Assembly: GCA_014729025.1 (NCBI GenBank)
Contig: WJKP01000045.1
Span: forward strand, 20,015-84,014
Source: Candidatus Buchananbacteria bacterium
Lineage (GTDB): Bacteria; Patescibacteriota; Patescibacteriia; CAIXNZ01
DNA: 64,000 nt
Reading direction: 5' to 3'
Position numbers and translations under genes: made by a program
Shown here: positions 1 to 10,194 of the stretch, piece after piece
How positions within the stretch are numbered: the stretch's first letter is position 1
Layout: each line of letters begins with the position of its first letter
Notes under the pieces: model-generated
Database searches by the model: none
What the model was told of the DNA's origin: nothing
Seen by the model: only the letters and a program-made list of their open reading frames with translations

Positions 1-2525
1 AGTATTTGATTTTGAATAACGCGTTTTAATGGACGAGCGCCAAATTGAGGATCAAAACCTTTTTCCGCCAAATATTTTTCCAATTCTTTGGTAAAATTAA
101 GTTTCATTTTCTTTTCAGCCAAACGTTCTTTAACCAAATGTAATTGCAAATCAATTATTTTAGTAATGTCTTTTTTGGATAACGGATGGAAAATAATTAT
201 TTCATCCAAACGATTCAAAAATTCCGGTTTAAAATGATTTTTCAACGCTTCATATACATTATCTTTTATTTCAGCTTCATCAACATTGGTTTTGGGACCG
301 GTTTTATCTTCAAAACCCAAAGCAACTTCTTTTAATAACTGGTTTCCCAGATTAGAAGTCATAATAATAATCGTATTTTTAAAATTAACCGAACGACCCT
401 TGGCATCAGTTAAATGACCGTCATCTAGTAATTGCAATAAAATATTAAAAACTTGCGGATGAGCTTTTTCTATCTCATCAAAAAGCACCACAGAATAAGG
501 TCGGCGACGCACTTGTTCGGTTAATTGTCCGCCTTCTTCATAACCAACATAACCAGGAGGAGAACCAATAAATTTGGAAACAGAATGCTTTTCCATATAT
601 TCTGACATATCAACCCGAATCATAGCCGATTCATCATTAAACATAAATTCAGCCAAAGCTTTGGCTAACTCCGTTTTACCGACACCGGTCGGCCCTAAGA
701 AAATAAAAGAACCAATTGGTCTATCTTCTTCAGCCACACCTGCTCTAGAACGACGTAACGCATTAGCAATTGATTTAATCGCTTCATCCTGGCCCACAAC
801 GCGTTTTCCTAATTCTTCTTCGGCTTTAACTAATTTTTCAGATTCGGTTTCTAGCATCTTGGAAACGGGAATACCGGTCCAGCGGGAAACAACACCAGCA
901 ATATCTTCTTCTGTCACTTCTTCTTTTAAAATCTTTTGCTCTTTTTGAATATTGGCTAATTTCTTCTCTAAATCCTTTATTTTCTTTTCAATTGTCGGGA
1001 TTTTGCCATACCGAATTTCAGCCACTTTTTCTAATTCAGCTTTTCTTTCCAAAATATCGGCTTCTTGTTTTAATGAATCAATTTGTTTTTTGGCTTCACG
1101 AATCTGCGTAATTATTTCTTTTTCATTTTTCCAATGCAGTTCAAGTTGCTTAGCCTCTTCCTGCAAATCATTTAATTCTTTATTTAATGATTTTAAATGT
1201 TCTTTTGATTCTTTTTCAGTTTCTTTACTTAAAGCGGCTTTTTCAATTTCTAATTGTTTAATTTTACGTTTAATTTTATCCAATTCTTCTGGCATTGAAT
1301 CAATTTCCATACGCAGGGAAGAGGTGGCTTCGTCAATTAAATCAACGGCTTTATCAGGTAAAAACCTGTCAGTAATATATCTTTGTGATAATTCAGCTGC
1401 TGCCAAAATCGCTGAATCAGTAATTCTGACACCATGATGAACTTCATATTTTTCTTTAATACCCCTTAAAATCGCAATCGTGTCTTCAGTACTTGGCTCC
1501 AAAACCATAACAGGTTGAAAACGTCTTTCCAACGCCGGGTCTTTTTCAATATATTTTTGATATTCTTTTAAAGTTGTCGCGCCAATCGCATGCAAGTTAC
1601 CCCTTGCCAAAGCCGGTTTTAACATATTGGACGCATCCATTGAACCTTCAATTGCACCAGCGCCAACTACAGTATGTAATTCATCAATAAATAAAATGAT
1701 CTGGCCGTCAGAATTCTCGACCTCTTTTAAAACCGCTTTTAAACGATCCTCAAATTCACCACGAAACTTAGTCCCAGCCAAAAGTGAACCAATATCCAAA
1801 GCTATAACTTCTTTATTTTTTAAAGTTTCCGGCACATCACCAGCCACAATACGTTGAGCCAAACCTTCAACTATAGCTGTCTTACCAACCCCGGCTTCAC
1901 CGATTAAAACCGGATTATTCTTGGTTCGGCGTGATAAAACTTGCATTACCCGGCGAATCTCATCATCACGACCAATCACCGGATCTAATTTTTCTTGTCG
2001 GGCTTGTTCAGTCAAATTTTGGGCATATTTTTCCAAAACCTGAAATTTTGATTCCGGCTCTGGATCAGTTACTCTAGCTGAACCCCTTAATTCTTTTAAA
2101 ATTTTTAAAACTTGTTCATGTGAAATATCAAAAGAATCCAGCAAATTTTTAACCCTGGACTTGGTATTTAACATTGATAAAAAAATATGCTCAGTTGAAA
2201 TATATTCATCTTGTAAATCTTTGGCTTCTTTTTCCGCACCAGCCAATAACTTAGCCAAATCTTCTGTTAAAAACATTTGCGCATAATTTAATTCAACCTT
2301 ACTTTTGGCCAATCCTTCAATTTGCTGAGCAATCTGATTTTTTAATTCAGCTATTTCAATCTCTAATTTCTTCAAAATAGTTAAAACCAGACTATCTTCC
2401 TGCAAAAGCAAAGCGGCCATCAAATGAAGACCATCGACTTGCTGATTTTGTGAATCAGCCGCAAGTTGCTGAGCCTGACGCAAAGCTTCTTGAGATTTTG
2501 TAGTAAATTTATTTATATTAAACAT
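1..2525 (-). CDS. clpB: ATP-dependent chaperone ClpB (3' end runs off the window)
   Basis: Not in the ORF track. Manual translation from ATG at 2525 gives [22 protein letters not shown]. It has two Walker A motifs ([16 protein letters not shown]) with a coiled-coil middle domain between them. Confidence 0.95.
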   Translation of the reverse strand, partial: MFNINKFTTKSQEALRQAQQLAADSQNQQVDGLHLMAALLLQEDSLVLTILKKLEIEIAELKNQIAQQIEGLAKSKVELNYAQMFLTEDLAKLLAGAEKEAKDLQDEYISTEHIFLSMLNTKSRVKNLLDSFDISHEQVLKILKELRGSARVTDPEPESKFQVLEKYAQNLTEQARQEKLDPVIGRDDEIRRVMQVLSRRTKNNPVLIGEAGVGKTAIVEGLAQRIVAGDVPETLKNKEVIALDIGSLLAGTKFRGEFEDRLKAVLKEVENSDGQIILFIDELHTVVGAGAIEGSMDASNMLKPALARGNLHAIGATTLKEYQKYIEKDPALERRFQPVMVLEPSTEDTIAILRGIKEKYEVHHGVRITDSAILAAAELSQRYITDRFLPDKAVDLIDEATSSLRMEIDSMPEELDKIKRKIKQLEIEKAALSKETEKESKEHLKSLNKELNDLQEEAKQLELHWKNEKEIITQIREAKKQIDSLKQEADILERKAELEKVAEIRYGKIPTIEKKIKDLEKKLANIQKEQKILKEEVTEEDIAGVVSRWTGIPVSKMLETESEKLVKAEEELGKRVVGQDEAIKSIANALRRSRAGVAEEDRPIGSFIFLGPTGVGKTELAKALAEFMFNDESAMIRVDMSEYMEKHSVSKFIGSPPGYVGYEEGGQLTEQVRRRPYSVVLFDEIEKAHPQVFNILLQLLDDGHLTDAKGRSVNFKNTIIIMTSNLGNQLLKEVALGFEDKTGPKTNVDEAEIKDNVYEALKNHFKPEFLNRLDEIIIFHPLSKKDITKIIDLQLHLVKERLAEKKMKLNFTKELEKYLAEKGFDPQFGARPLKRVIQNQI

Positions 2526-2630
2526 AATTAAATAAAAATAATTATTATTGAAATTAGAATACCAGTTAAGCAAATAATCACTTATTTATGTAAAAAAATT
2601 TATTTAACTAGCCTTCAAACAACGACTAAT

Positions 2631-2657
2631 TTAGCACTCACCATCAAAGAGTGCTAA
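2631..2657. promoter_or_regulatory. CIRCE operator (HrcA binding site) upstream of clpB
   Basis: Exact TTAGCACTC-N9-GAGTGCTAA; the inverted repeat extends to 2628-2660. Confidence 0.95.
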
Positions 2658-2661
2658 ATTA

Positions 2662-2690
2662 ATTATATTAAACAAAAAAAAGAATGTCAA
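2662..2690 (-). promoter_or_regulatory. Sigma70-type promoter of clpB
   Basis: Minus strand TTGACA (2685-2690), 17 bp, TATAAT (2662-2667). The predicted start site falls within the CIRCE. Confidence 0.85.
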
Positions 2691-2698
2691 GTATTAAA

Positions 2699-2795
2699 AA
2701 AAACGCCCTTGTCCTCAAATGTCATTCTAAACTTAATGAAAGATCTGTAAATTCGCAGATTCTTTGTTTTGCTCGGAATAACAAGGGGCGTTTTT
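2699..2795 (-). terminator. Probable terminator of amrS with a large nested palindromic loop
   Basis: AAAAACGCCCTTGT (2699-2712) pairs with ACAAGGGGCGTTTTT (2781-2795), followed by a U-run on the minus strand. Confidence 0.55.
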
Positions 2796-3816
2796 ATTTT
2801 AAAATTAATTCAATCTGCTCACCACATTCAGGGCACTTACTTTTTTTATCAAAACTATCAATATCATAACCGGTTCGTCTAATTATTAATTCACCGCATT
2901 TGGGACAATATGTATTTTCATGAACATCAGAAACAATATTACCGCCATAAACATATTTCAAACCAGCCTCTTTACCTAATTTATAAGCCTTATAAATCAA
3001 TTTTTCTTTGGTAGAATCTTGATCCTGCATTTTATACTGCGGAAAAAAACGAGAAACGTGCCAAGGAGTTTCCGGTCCCAAGTAATTTTTAATAAATTTG
3101 GCAATAGCTAATATCTCTTTATCAGAATCATTTAAGCCTGGGATTATCAGGGTAGTGACCTCCAGCCAAATTTTTTTTCTATTTAAAAATTTCAAATTTT
3201 CTAAAATTGGCTGCAGCTTTGCCCCACAAATTTTTAAATAGGTTTCATTATTAAAAAATTTCAAATCAATATTAATGGCATCAAGATAAGGAAGTATTTT
3301 AGAACAAGCTTTTTGAGTTATATAACCATTAGAAACCCAAACATTTTTCAAACCATGTTTTTTAGCCAATTTCATGCAATCAAGGGCAAATTCGGCATAA
3401 ATTGTTGGTTCTGTATAAGTATAAGCTATTGACTCACAGCCGGCTACTTTAGCTTTGGCAATAATTTCTTTAATTTCCATTTGCTTGCCAGGCAATGAAT
3501 TCTCATCTTTTAATCGCTCATTGATAGGATATTGAGAAATATCAGCGTTTTGACAATGCTGACAACGAAAATTACAGCCTACCGTGGCAATTGAATAGCT
3601 TAAACTGCCGGGCATAAAATGAAATAATGGTTTTTTTTCAATCGGATCAATATTTTCAGCAATCACTTTACCATAAACTAAAGAATAAAGCCGGCCATTA
3701 ATATTTTTTCGCACACCACAAAGCCCCGCTTTCCCTTTATCAATTAAACAATAATGGTTGCAAAGCTGACATTGAATTTTATTATTTTTTGATTGCCAAA
3801 ATCGCGCTAATTTCAT
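2794..3816 (-). CDS. amrS: AmmeMemoRadiSam system radical SAM enzyme
   Basis: N-terminal CQLCNHYC...CGVR, DPIEKKPLFHF, radical SAM GCNFRCQHCQN, YTYTEP and a C-terminal CPKC...CPEC ribbon. Confidence 0.9.
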   Translation of the reverse strand: MKLARFWQSKNNKIQCQLCNHYCLIDKGKAGLCGVRKNINGRLYSLVYGKVIAENIDPIEKKPLFHFMPGSLSYSIATVGCNFRCQHCQNADISQYPINERLKDENSLPGKQMEIKEIIAKAKVAGCESIAYTYTEPTIYAEFALDCMKLAKKHGLKNVWVSNGYITQKACSKILPYLDAINIDLKFFNNETYLKICGAKLQPILENLKFLNRKKIWLEVTTLIIPGLNDSDKEILAIAKFIKNYLGPETPWHVSRFFPQYKMQDQDSTKEKLIYKAYKLGKEAGLKYVYGGNIVSDVHENTYCPKCGELIIRRTGYDIDSFDKKSKCPECGEQIELILK

Positions 3817-3829
3817 ATACTTTCATTAT

Positions 3830-4387
3830 ATGACAAAACGCTTGTTTTTAGCAATAAATATACCGCCAGTAATAAAAAATCAGCTAACTGAACTTATTTT
3901 AAAATTACAAAAAAATAATAAAAATAAACCAATTAAGTGGGTTGCTCCTAAAAATCTTCATTTAACTTTACATTTTTTAGGTTCAGTCCCAGAACAAAAA
4001 ATCCCAGCCATTAATCGAGCAATAGAACCGATTGTAGCAAAATTTCCAATTTTAAACTTTGCCCTTTCCAACTCCATCAATTCTTTTCCTGACCTTAATA
4101 ATCCAAAAGTGATTTTTCTGGAAATTAAAGAATTAAACGACGGACAAACAATTAAATTACAGAAAAAAATAGGCGAGAGTTTAGCGCAATTAGGCTTTAA
4201 AATAGATAAAAGGCCGTTTCATTTACATTTAACTTTGGGTCGTGTCAAATTTAAAACTACTGTTCAAATACCTAATCTTCAATATCCAAACTCAAATTTT
4301 CAAATAGATTCAATTGATCTTATGGAAAGTCAAATAACTCTGCAAGGACCAATTTATTCTATAATTAAACAATATAATTTAGTATAA
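3830..4387 (+). CDS. thpR: RNA 2',3'-cyclic phosphodiesterase (2H family)
   Basis: RLFLAI start and two HxT motifs (NLHLTLHFLG, FHLHLTLGR). Confidence 0.9.
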   Translation: MTKRLFLAINIPPVIKNQLTELILKLQKNNKNKPIKWVAPKNLHLTLHFLGSVPEQKIPAINRAIEPIVAKFPILNFALSNSINSFPDLNNPKVIFLEIKELNDGQTIKLQKKIGESLAQLGFKIDKRPFHLHLTLGRVKFKTTVQIPNLQYPNSNFQIDSIDLMESQITLQGPIYSIIKQYNLV

Positions 4388-4394
4388 TTAAATT

Positions 4395-5813
4395 ATGAGA
4401 AAAATATTACTTTGCTTAATTATAAGTTTAATCTTGCCGGCACAGGCAATTGCCCAAGAAACAACCAATGATAATATGATCACCAGACCAATGATACGCA
4501 TTTTAAATTCTGAAAATTTTACCTTAGAATATGAATTTTATCCATTTTCAGAAGACTCAACAGCCCAAGGCGCTAATATTGCTACTGCTGACTTAAATAA
4601 TGACGGTTACAAAGAAATAATAGTAGCCACTGGCCGAAATGAAAAACCTTGGGTAAAAATATTTAATCATCTTGGTAAATTTCAATATCAATTTTTAGCC
4701 TATGCCGAGACTTTTCAAAAAGGCTTTAAGATAATCACTGCTGATTTATATAATGATGGTTCGCCTGAAATAATTACTGCGCCTAATGAAGGCGGTGGGC
4801 CACAAATCAGAATTTTTGATAATCTTGGTTTTGCTTATTTTAGTTTTTTTGCTTTTGATGAAAGCCTAAGGGGTGGCGCCAATGTTTCAGTCGGTGATGT
4901 CAATGGGGACAGCCAACCAGAAATAATAGTTGGTGCTGGTTATGACCAAGAACCAATCATTAAAATCTTTGATAATTACAGCAATTTTATAAAAGCCTTT
5001 TATACTTATGACGATAGTTTTAAAGGTGGTATTTCGGTTTTAGCGGCTGATTTAAATAAGGACAAAACCGCTGAAATAATTACTGCGCCTTATATTGAAA
5101 AAGAACCAATGATCAGAATTTTTGATTATGACGGTAATTTAATTAATCAATTCATTGCTTATCCTCAAGGCTTTTGGGGCGGAGTTAACTTAGCCAAAAG
5201 TGATGTTGATCGGGACGGTTATTTAGAAATTTTAACCGGCGCCGGTTATAGTGGGGGGGCTCATTTAAGATTTTTTAATAAAGAGGGCATTCCTAAAATT
5301 AACCCAACTTTATTTATTTTTGATAATTTTAAAGGCGGTATTTCCATTGCTGACGGTGACATTAATAATGACGGCCAAACAGAAATATTAGCCGCGACAC
5401 AAATAATTTCACCAATTGATAAATATGATTCTTACAAATCTATTGAAATTGATATTAATCAGCAAAAATTATTTACTTATTTTAAAGGCCAGCCAGTCAA
5501 AGAATTTTGGGTATCAACAGGCACCTGGAAATTCCCAACACCCTTGGGTGAATATAAAATTTATGCCAAGGTTCCCAGTACAAATATGACCGGTTATTAT
5601 GGTTTTAATCATCCTGATAACTATGAACTGGCTAATGTACCGCATGTTATGCCTTTTTATAAAAATTATGCTATCCATGGTGCTTACTGGCATTGGAATT
5701 TTGGTACCAGAGTCAGCCATGGCTGTGTTAATTTAAAATTACCAGATGCAGAATGGTTATATAATTGGTCTCATATTGGCACACCTGTAAAAATTCATTA
5801 TTCAGCTCAATGA
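4395..5813 (+). CDS. Secreted FG-GAP-repeat protein with a C-terminal YkuD L,D-transpeptidase domain
   Basis: Signal peptide; repeated (A/G)D(L/V)NxDGxxEII units; catalytic HGAYWH...SHGCVNL. Confidence 0.85.
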   Translation: MRKILLCLIISLILPAQAIAQETTNDNMITRPMIRILNSENFTLEYEFYPFSEDSTAQGANIATADLNNDGYKEIIVATGRNEKPWVKIFNHLGKFQYQFLAYAETFQKGFKIITADLYNDGSPEIITAPNEGGGPQIRIFDNLGFAYFSFFAFDESLRGGANVSVGDVNGDSQPEIIVGAGYDQEPIIKIFDNYSNFIKAFYTYDDSFKGGISVLAADLNKDKTAEIITAPYIEKEPMIRIFDYDGNLINQFIAYPQGFWGGVNLAKSDVDRDGYLEILTGAGYSGGAHLRFFNKEGIPKINPTLFIFDNFKGGISIADGDINNDGQTEILAATQIISPIDKYDSYKSIEIDINQQKLFTYFKGQPVKEFWVSTGTWKFPTPLGEYKIYAKVPSTNMTGYYGFNHPDNYELANVPHVMPFYKNYAIHGAYWHWNFGTRVSHGCVNLKLPDAEWLYNWSHIGTPVKIHYSAQ

Positions 5814-6994
5814 AAAAAATCTATATTTTAGGCACAAAAATTAATGACTTATCCCTGAATGAAGTTATTAATCAAATCAAACATCATTTAAATAATAATG
5901 GGGAAAAAGGCTATATTGTTACGCCAAATCCTGAAATTTGTTTAATTGGCTATAAAAACAAAAAATTCCGCAGGATTTTAAAAGATTCTTTTATTTCCAT
6001 ACCTGATGGTTTTGGTTTAAAATTAGCTGCGCCTTTATGGGGTAATTTTTTAAACAACAGAACTACTGGTATTGATTTAACTAAGCAACTGTTAAAATTT
6101 GCTGGAAAAAATAATTATTCAGTTCTTTTACTGGGTGGCAAACAAAAAATTGGCCTAAAAGCCTTGAAAAATATAAACAAAAAACATCCCAATCTAACCA
6201 TTCAATATATTGATGGCGGTAATTTTAATCAAAAAGGTGAATCTGACAAGCTTAATTTAATTTCACAAATAAATGATCTAGCTCCTGATATTATTCTGGT
6301 TAACCTGGGCGCGCCAAAACAAGAATTTTTCATGGCTAAAAATATTGATAAATTAAATACAAAATTAATGCTAGGAGTAGGGGGGAGTATTGACTTTATT
6401 GCCGGAGAAATTAAAAGAGCGCCGCAAATTTGGCGTAAAATTGGTTTGGAATGGTTATGGCGTTTAATCCAAGAACCCAGGCGCTGGCCAAGGATAATAA
6501 ATGCTGTTATAATATTCCCATTAGCTTGTATTTATTTCAGAATTCACAGTCAATTATTTTACAGAAAAAATGTGGCTGGTTTTATTATTAATGATGATAA
6601 AAAAATATTAGTTGCAAAACACGCTAATAATAATTACTGGCAATTGCCACAAGGTGGGGCTAAAAACTCAAAATCGAAACAAGAATTACAAAAAGCTATT
6701 TTAAGAGAAATGAAACAAGAACTTGGTACTGATAAATTTAAAGTAATTAAAATGTTAAAAAATTGTTATAAATATAAGTGGCCCAAAACTGATAAAGATT
6801 TTGATCATTTTAAAGGCCAAAAACAAACCTTATTTTTATTAAAATTTACAGGCAATAACAATGATATAAAACTGGACCCTCGTGAACATAATCAGTGGCA
6901 ATGGGTTAATAAAAATAAAATATTAAATTTAGTGCCCGATTTTAAAAAAAACTTAATTAAAATTGGGCTCAAAAATTTTAAAAATTATCTATAA
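5810..6994 (+). CDS. WecB/TagA/CpsF glycosyltransferase fused to an RppH-like Nudix domain
   Basis: Start placed at ATG 5810 (ATGA overlap with the upstream stop). TagA motifs: VTPNPE, PDG, LGAPKQE, GVGGSID, RAP..GLEWLWRL.QEPRR. RppH-like motifs: YRKNV, WQLPQGG, REMKQELG, GQKQ. Confidence 0.85.
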   Translation: MKKIYILGTKINDLSLNEVINQIKHHLNNNGEKGYIVTPNPEICLIGYKNKKFRRILKDSFISIPDGFGLKLAAPLWGNFLNNRTTGIDLTKQLLKFAGKNNYSVLLLGGKQKIGLKALKNINKKHPNLTIQYIDGGNFNQKGESDKLNLISQINDLAPDIILVNLGAPKQEFFMAKNIDKLNTKLMLGVGGSIDFIAGEIKRAPQIWRKIGLEWLWRLIQEPRRWPRIINAVIIFPLACIYFRIHSQLFYRKNVAGFIINDDKKILVAKHANNNYWQLPQGGAKNSKSKQELQKAILREMKQELGTDKFKVIKMLKNCYKYKWPKTDKDFDHFKGQKQTLFLLKFTGNNNDIKLDPREHNQWQWVNKNKILNLVPDFKKNLIKIGLKNFKNYL

Positions 6995-6997
6995 AAT

Positions 6998-7348
6998 ATG
7001 CCAAATTTAGAAAAATTAGAAAATTCAAATAAATATAAGCCTAATTTTAACAATTTACAAGAAATAGCCGAAGCTGATGAAGCACAAAAATTATCTGATA
7101 AGGAATTACTTTTAGAAATAGCCAAACAAAAATATATAAAAGGTCAGGGAACCATTGAATTAATGAAAAAATTAAAAGATTCTCCTGCTGATACTCAAAA
7201 ACGGCTCAAAGAATTTATTAGTATTGTTGCCTTAACTGACTTACCCGAAGAAGAAATTATGACAGCCTTAGAAAATAAAAACAATAAAGACGAAATATTA
7301 GAATCAATTAATTTAATTGAAAAATTCAAGAAAAAAATAAATCATTAA
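6998..7348 (+). CDS. Hypothetical helical protein
   Basis: 116-aa ORF packed tightly between its neighbours; no motif recognised. Confidence 0.6.
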   Translation: MPNLEKLENSNKYKPNFNNLQEIAEADEAQKLSDKELLLEIAKQKYIKGQGTIELMKKLKDSPADTQKRLKEFISIVALTDLPEEEIMTALENKNNKDEILESINLIEKFKKKINH

Positions 7349-7350
7349 TT

Positions 7351-8859
7351 ATGAATGAAATTAAAACCAGATTTGCTCCCAGCCCAACCGGATTTTTGCA
7401 TGTTGGGGGACTTAGAACAGCTTTGTATAATTTTTTATTTGCCCAAAAAAACAAAGGTGAATTTTTACTTAGAATTGAAGATACTGATCAGACTCGTTTA
7501 GTACCTGGCTCTGACCAGCAAATAATTGACTTATTAGATAAATTTAAATTAAAAAGAGATAACAATAAAATTATTTACCAATCTCAAAGATTGGATATTT
7601 ATAAGCAATACGCCGAACAACTAGTTGATTCGGGCAATGCTTATTATTGTTTTTGTCAAGAATCAAGCTTGAACAAAATCCGTGAACAACAAAAAAAAGA
7701 CAAACAACCACCGGGTTATTGGGGGCCTTATCGCCAATGTCATAAATTATCAATTGAAGAAGTTAAAAAAAGAATTGCTAATAACGAATCCTATGTTATC
7801 AGATTTAAAATGCTACCTAATAATAACGAGCTAAAACAAAAAGATGCACCGTCCCAATGGACTGATAAAATTCACGGTAATATTGCTGTTAGCATGGAGC
7901 ACCAAGATGATTTTGTCATGATTAAAAGTGATAGCTATCCAACTTATAATTTTGCCAATGTAATTGATGACTATAAAATGGGAATCACCCATGTCATCAG
8001 AGGTGAAGAATTCTTATCCAGCACAATCAAACATATCAAACTTTACAAAGCTCTTGACTGGCAATTACCAACCTTTGCTCATTTGCCATTATTATTAAAC
8101 CCGGATAAATCAAAATTAAGCAAAAGACAAAATGATGTCGCAGTGGAAGAATATTTAAAACAAGGTTATTTACCAGCCACTTTAATTAATTTTATTGCTT
8201 TATTGGGCTGGAATCCTGGTTCTGGCAGCACTGAGGAATTTTTTAATTTGCCAGAATTAATCAACGATGATTTTAATTTTAGTCAAGGCCAAATTAAAAA
8301 TTTGATTAATGAATTTTCTTTAGACAAAATCAATAAATCAGGCGCCGTCTTTGATCTTGAAAAATTAGACTGGCTTAATGGCTGGTATATTCGTAATTTA
8401 AAGTTCAATAAATTAGTTGATTTATGTAAACCTTACTTATCTCAAATAAAAAACCGGGGATTATTGGAAAAGATTATTCACATTGAACGTGAACGAATCA
8501 AAAAAATATCTGATATTAGCCAAAATATTGACTTCTTTTATAAAGAAAAAATTGATTATAAACCAGAATTATTAATCTGGAAAAAATCAAATAAAAAAGA
8601 AACATTGGAAAATCTGGTAAGGCTAGAGGATTTTTTAATAACTTTAAAAAATCAAGATTTTGATAAAATTGAAAATTTGGAAACTAAAATAACCGATTGG
8701 ATCAAAAAAAATAATTACGGGGTAGGGGACATACTTTGGCCAATGAGAGTTGCTTTATCAGGCCAGCAAAATTCACCAAATCCTTTTGAAATTGCCTGGG
8801 TTTTTGGTAAGAAAAAAACAATTCAAAGGCTTAATAAAGCTCAAAATAAACTAAAGTAA
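7351..8859 (+). CDS. gltX: Glutamate--tRNA ligase
   Basis: RFAPSPTGFLHVGG, LRIEDTDQ, ITHVIRGEE, KLSKR. Confidence 0.97.
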   Translation: MNEIKTRFAPSPTGFLHVGGLRTALYNFLFAQKNKGEFLLRIEDTDQTRLVPGSDQQIIDLLDKFKLKRDNNKIIYQSQRLDIYKQYAEQLVDSGNAYYCFCQESSLNKIREQQKKDKQPPGYWGPYRQCHKLSIEEVKKRIANNESYVIRFKMLPNNNELKQKDAPSQWTDKIHGNIAVSMEHQDDFVMIKSDSYPTYNFANVIDDYKMGITHVIRGEEFLSSTIKHIKLYKALDWQLPTFAHLPLLLNPDKSKLSKRQNDVAVEEYLKQGYLPATLINFIALLGWNPGSGSTEEFFNLPELINDDFNFSQGQIKNLINEFSLDKINKSGAVFDLEKLDWLNGWYIRNLKFNKLVDLCKPYLSQIKNRGLLEKIIHIERERIKKISDISQNIDFFYKEKIDYKPELLIWKKSNKKETLENLVRLEDFLITLKNQDFDKIENLETKITDWIKKNNYGVGDILWPMRVALSGQQNSPNPFEIAWVFGKKKTIQRLNKAQNKLK

Positions 8860-8875
8860 TATTTAAGTATTCCAC

Positions 8876-8906
8876 AAAAGACAGCTTTTTTAAAAAGCTG
8901 TCTTTT
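8876..8906. terminator. Palindromic (bidirectional) terminator-like hairpin after gltX
   Basis: AAAAGACAGCTTTTT-T-AAAAAGCTGTCTTTT. Confidence 0.7.
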
Positions 8907-8936
8907 ATCTTAAAAATATGTTATAATATAAGTAAG

Positions 8937-10172
8937 ATGAAAAAAACAAAAAAATTAATTTTTCTGTTAATTTTATGCTTATTGATTTTAAGCTGCAATT
9001 TTAGCGTTGCCTCAGAAACAAATTATGATTTATATTCTGATGATTCAGAAATTCAAGATCTGAATCAAAAAATCAAAAATAATCAAAATAAAATAGAAAA
9101 TTTAAAAAAAGCTACTGAAGAATATGCGCAAAAAATTGAAGAATACAGAGATAAGGCTGCTTCTTTAAAAAATCAAATTTCTTTACTGGATAATCAAATC
9201 TTAAAATTAGAATTGGATATAAAAACAACACAATTGCAAATAGATAAAATAAAACTGGAAATAGAATCAATGGAATTTCAAATTGATAAAGAAGAAAAAG
9301 ATATTGAACTGCAAAAAAATAATTTAATTGAATATATTAAATTAATAGATCAAACTGATCAAAAATCATATTTAGAAATTTTAATTCTTAATAATTCGTT
9401 TGCTGAATTTTTCAACCAATTAAATTATTTGGAGGAAATTCAAAATAATATTAAAAATTCTGTTGATCGGCTTAAATTATTAAAGGAGGCGATTGAAGTT
9501 CAAAGAGCTGATAAAGTAACTCGTCAAGAAGAATTAGAAGAGCTAAAACAAGAGCAGGAGGCACAAGAAGAAAAATTAAAACAAGAAAACAAAGCTAAAG
9601 AAATTTTACTTCTAGAAACAAAATCTTCAGAAATTCAATTTGAAAGACTTTTGGTTGAAACCAGGCAAAGGCAAGAAGCTATTGGTACTGACATTGTTGA
9701 CATTAAACATAAAATTGAAGACCGGATAGAAAGACTAAGAAGTGGTAGTACCTCACCAAAAACAACTTTGCTTAGCTGGCCAATTCCTGCCCCTCATACT
9801 GTAACGGCTTATTTTCATGACCCTGATTATCCTTATCGTTATATTTTTGAACATCCGGCTATTGATTTAAGAGCCAGTCAAGGCACAGCCATTACAGCCC
9901 CGGCACCTGGCTATGTCGCTAGAATTAAAGATGCAGGCTATGGCTATAGTTATATAATTTTGATTCATGATAATAATATTTCTACAGTCTATGGTCATGT
10001 CAGTGCCATGTATGTTACTGAAGACACTTTTGTTGACACAGGTGATGTTATTGGTTTAACAGGCGGAATGCCCGGTACGCTAGGCGCTGGTAATTTGTCA
10101 ACCGGACCTCATTTGCATTTTGAAGTTAGATTAAACGGTATTCCTGTAAATCCTTTGGAATATTTGCCTTAA
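8937..10172 (+). CDS. Secreted coiled-coil M23 peptidase (EnvC/CwlO-like architecture)
   Basis: Signal peptide, long heptad coiled coil, and an intact M23 site (HPAID, YGH, STGPHLHFEV). Confidence 0.9.
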   Translation: MKKTKKLIFLLILCLLILSCNFSVASETNYDLYSDDSEIQDLNQKIKNNQNKIENLKKATEEYAQKIEEYRDKAASLKNQISLLDNQILKLELDIKTTQLQIDKIKLEIESMEFQIDKEEKDIELQKNNLIEYIKLIDQTDQKSYLEILILNNSFAEFFNQLNYLEEIQNNIKNSVDRLKLLKEAIEVQRADKVTRQEELEELKQEQEAQEEKLKQENKAKEILLLETKSSEIQFERLLVETRQRQEAIGTDIVDIKHKIEDRIERLRSGSTSPKTTLLSWPIPAPHTVTAYFHDPDYPYRYIFEHPAIDLRASQGTAITAPAPGYVARIKDAGYGYSYIILIHDNNISTVYGHVSAMYVTEDTFVDTGDVIGLTGGMPGTLGAGNLSTGPHLHFEVRLNGIPVNPLEYLP

Positions 10173-10194
10173 TTATAAAAATATAAAAAAAATA

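Noticed and set aside
574-1857. Plus-strand ORFs of 124, 161 and 76 aa
   Set aside because: They are antisense shadows of clpB, which occupies the minus strand.
5765-5809. Longer upstream starts given by the track (also 27593, 48120, 49965)
   Set aside because: They overlap neighbouring genes or intergenic DNA. Downstream ATGs match the family N-termini.
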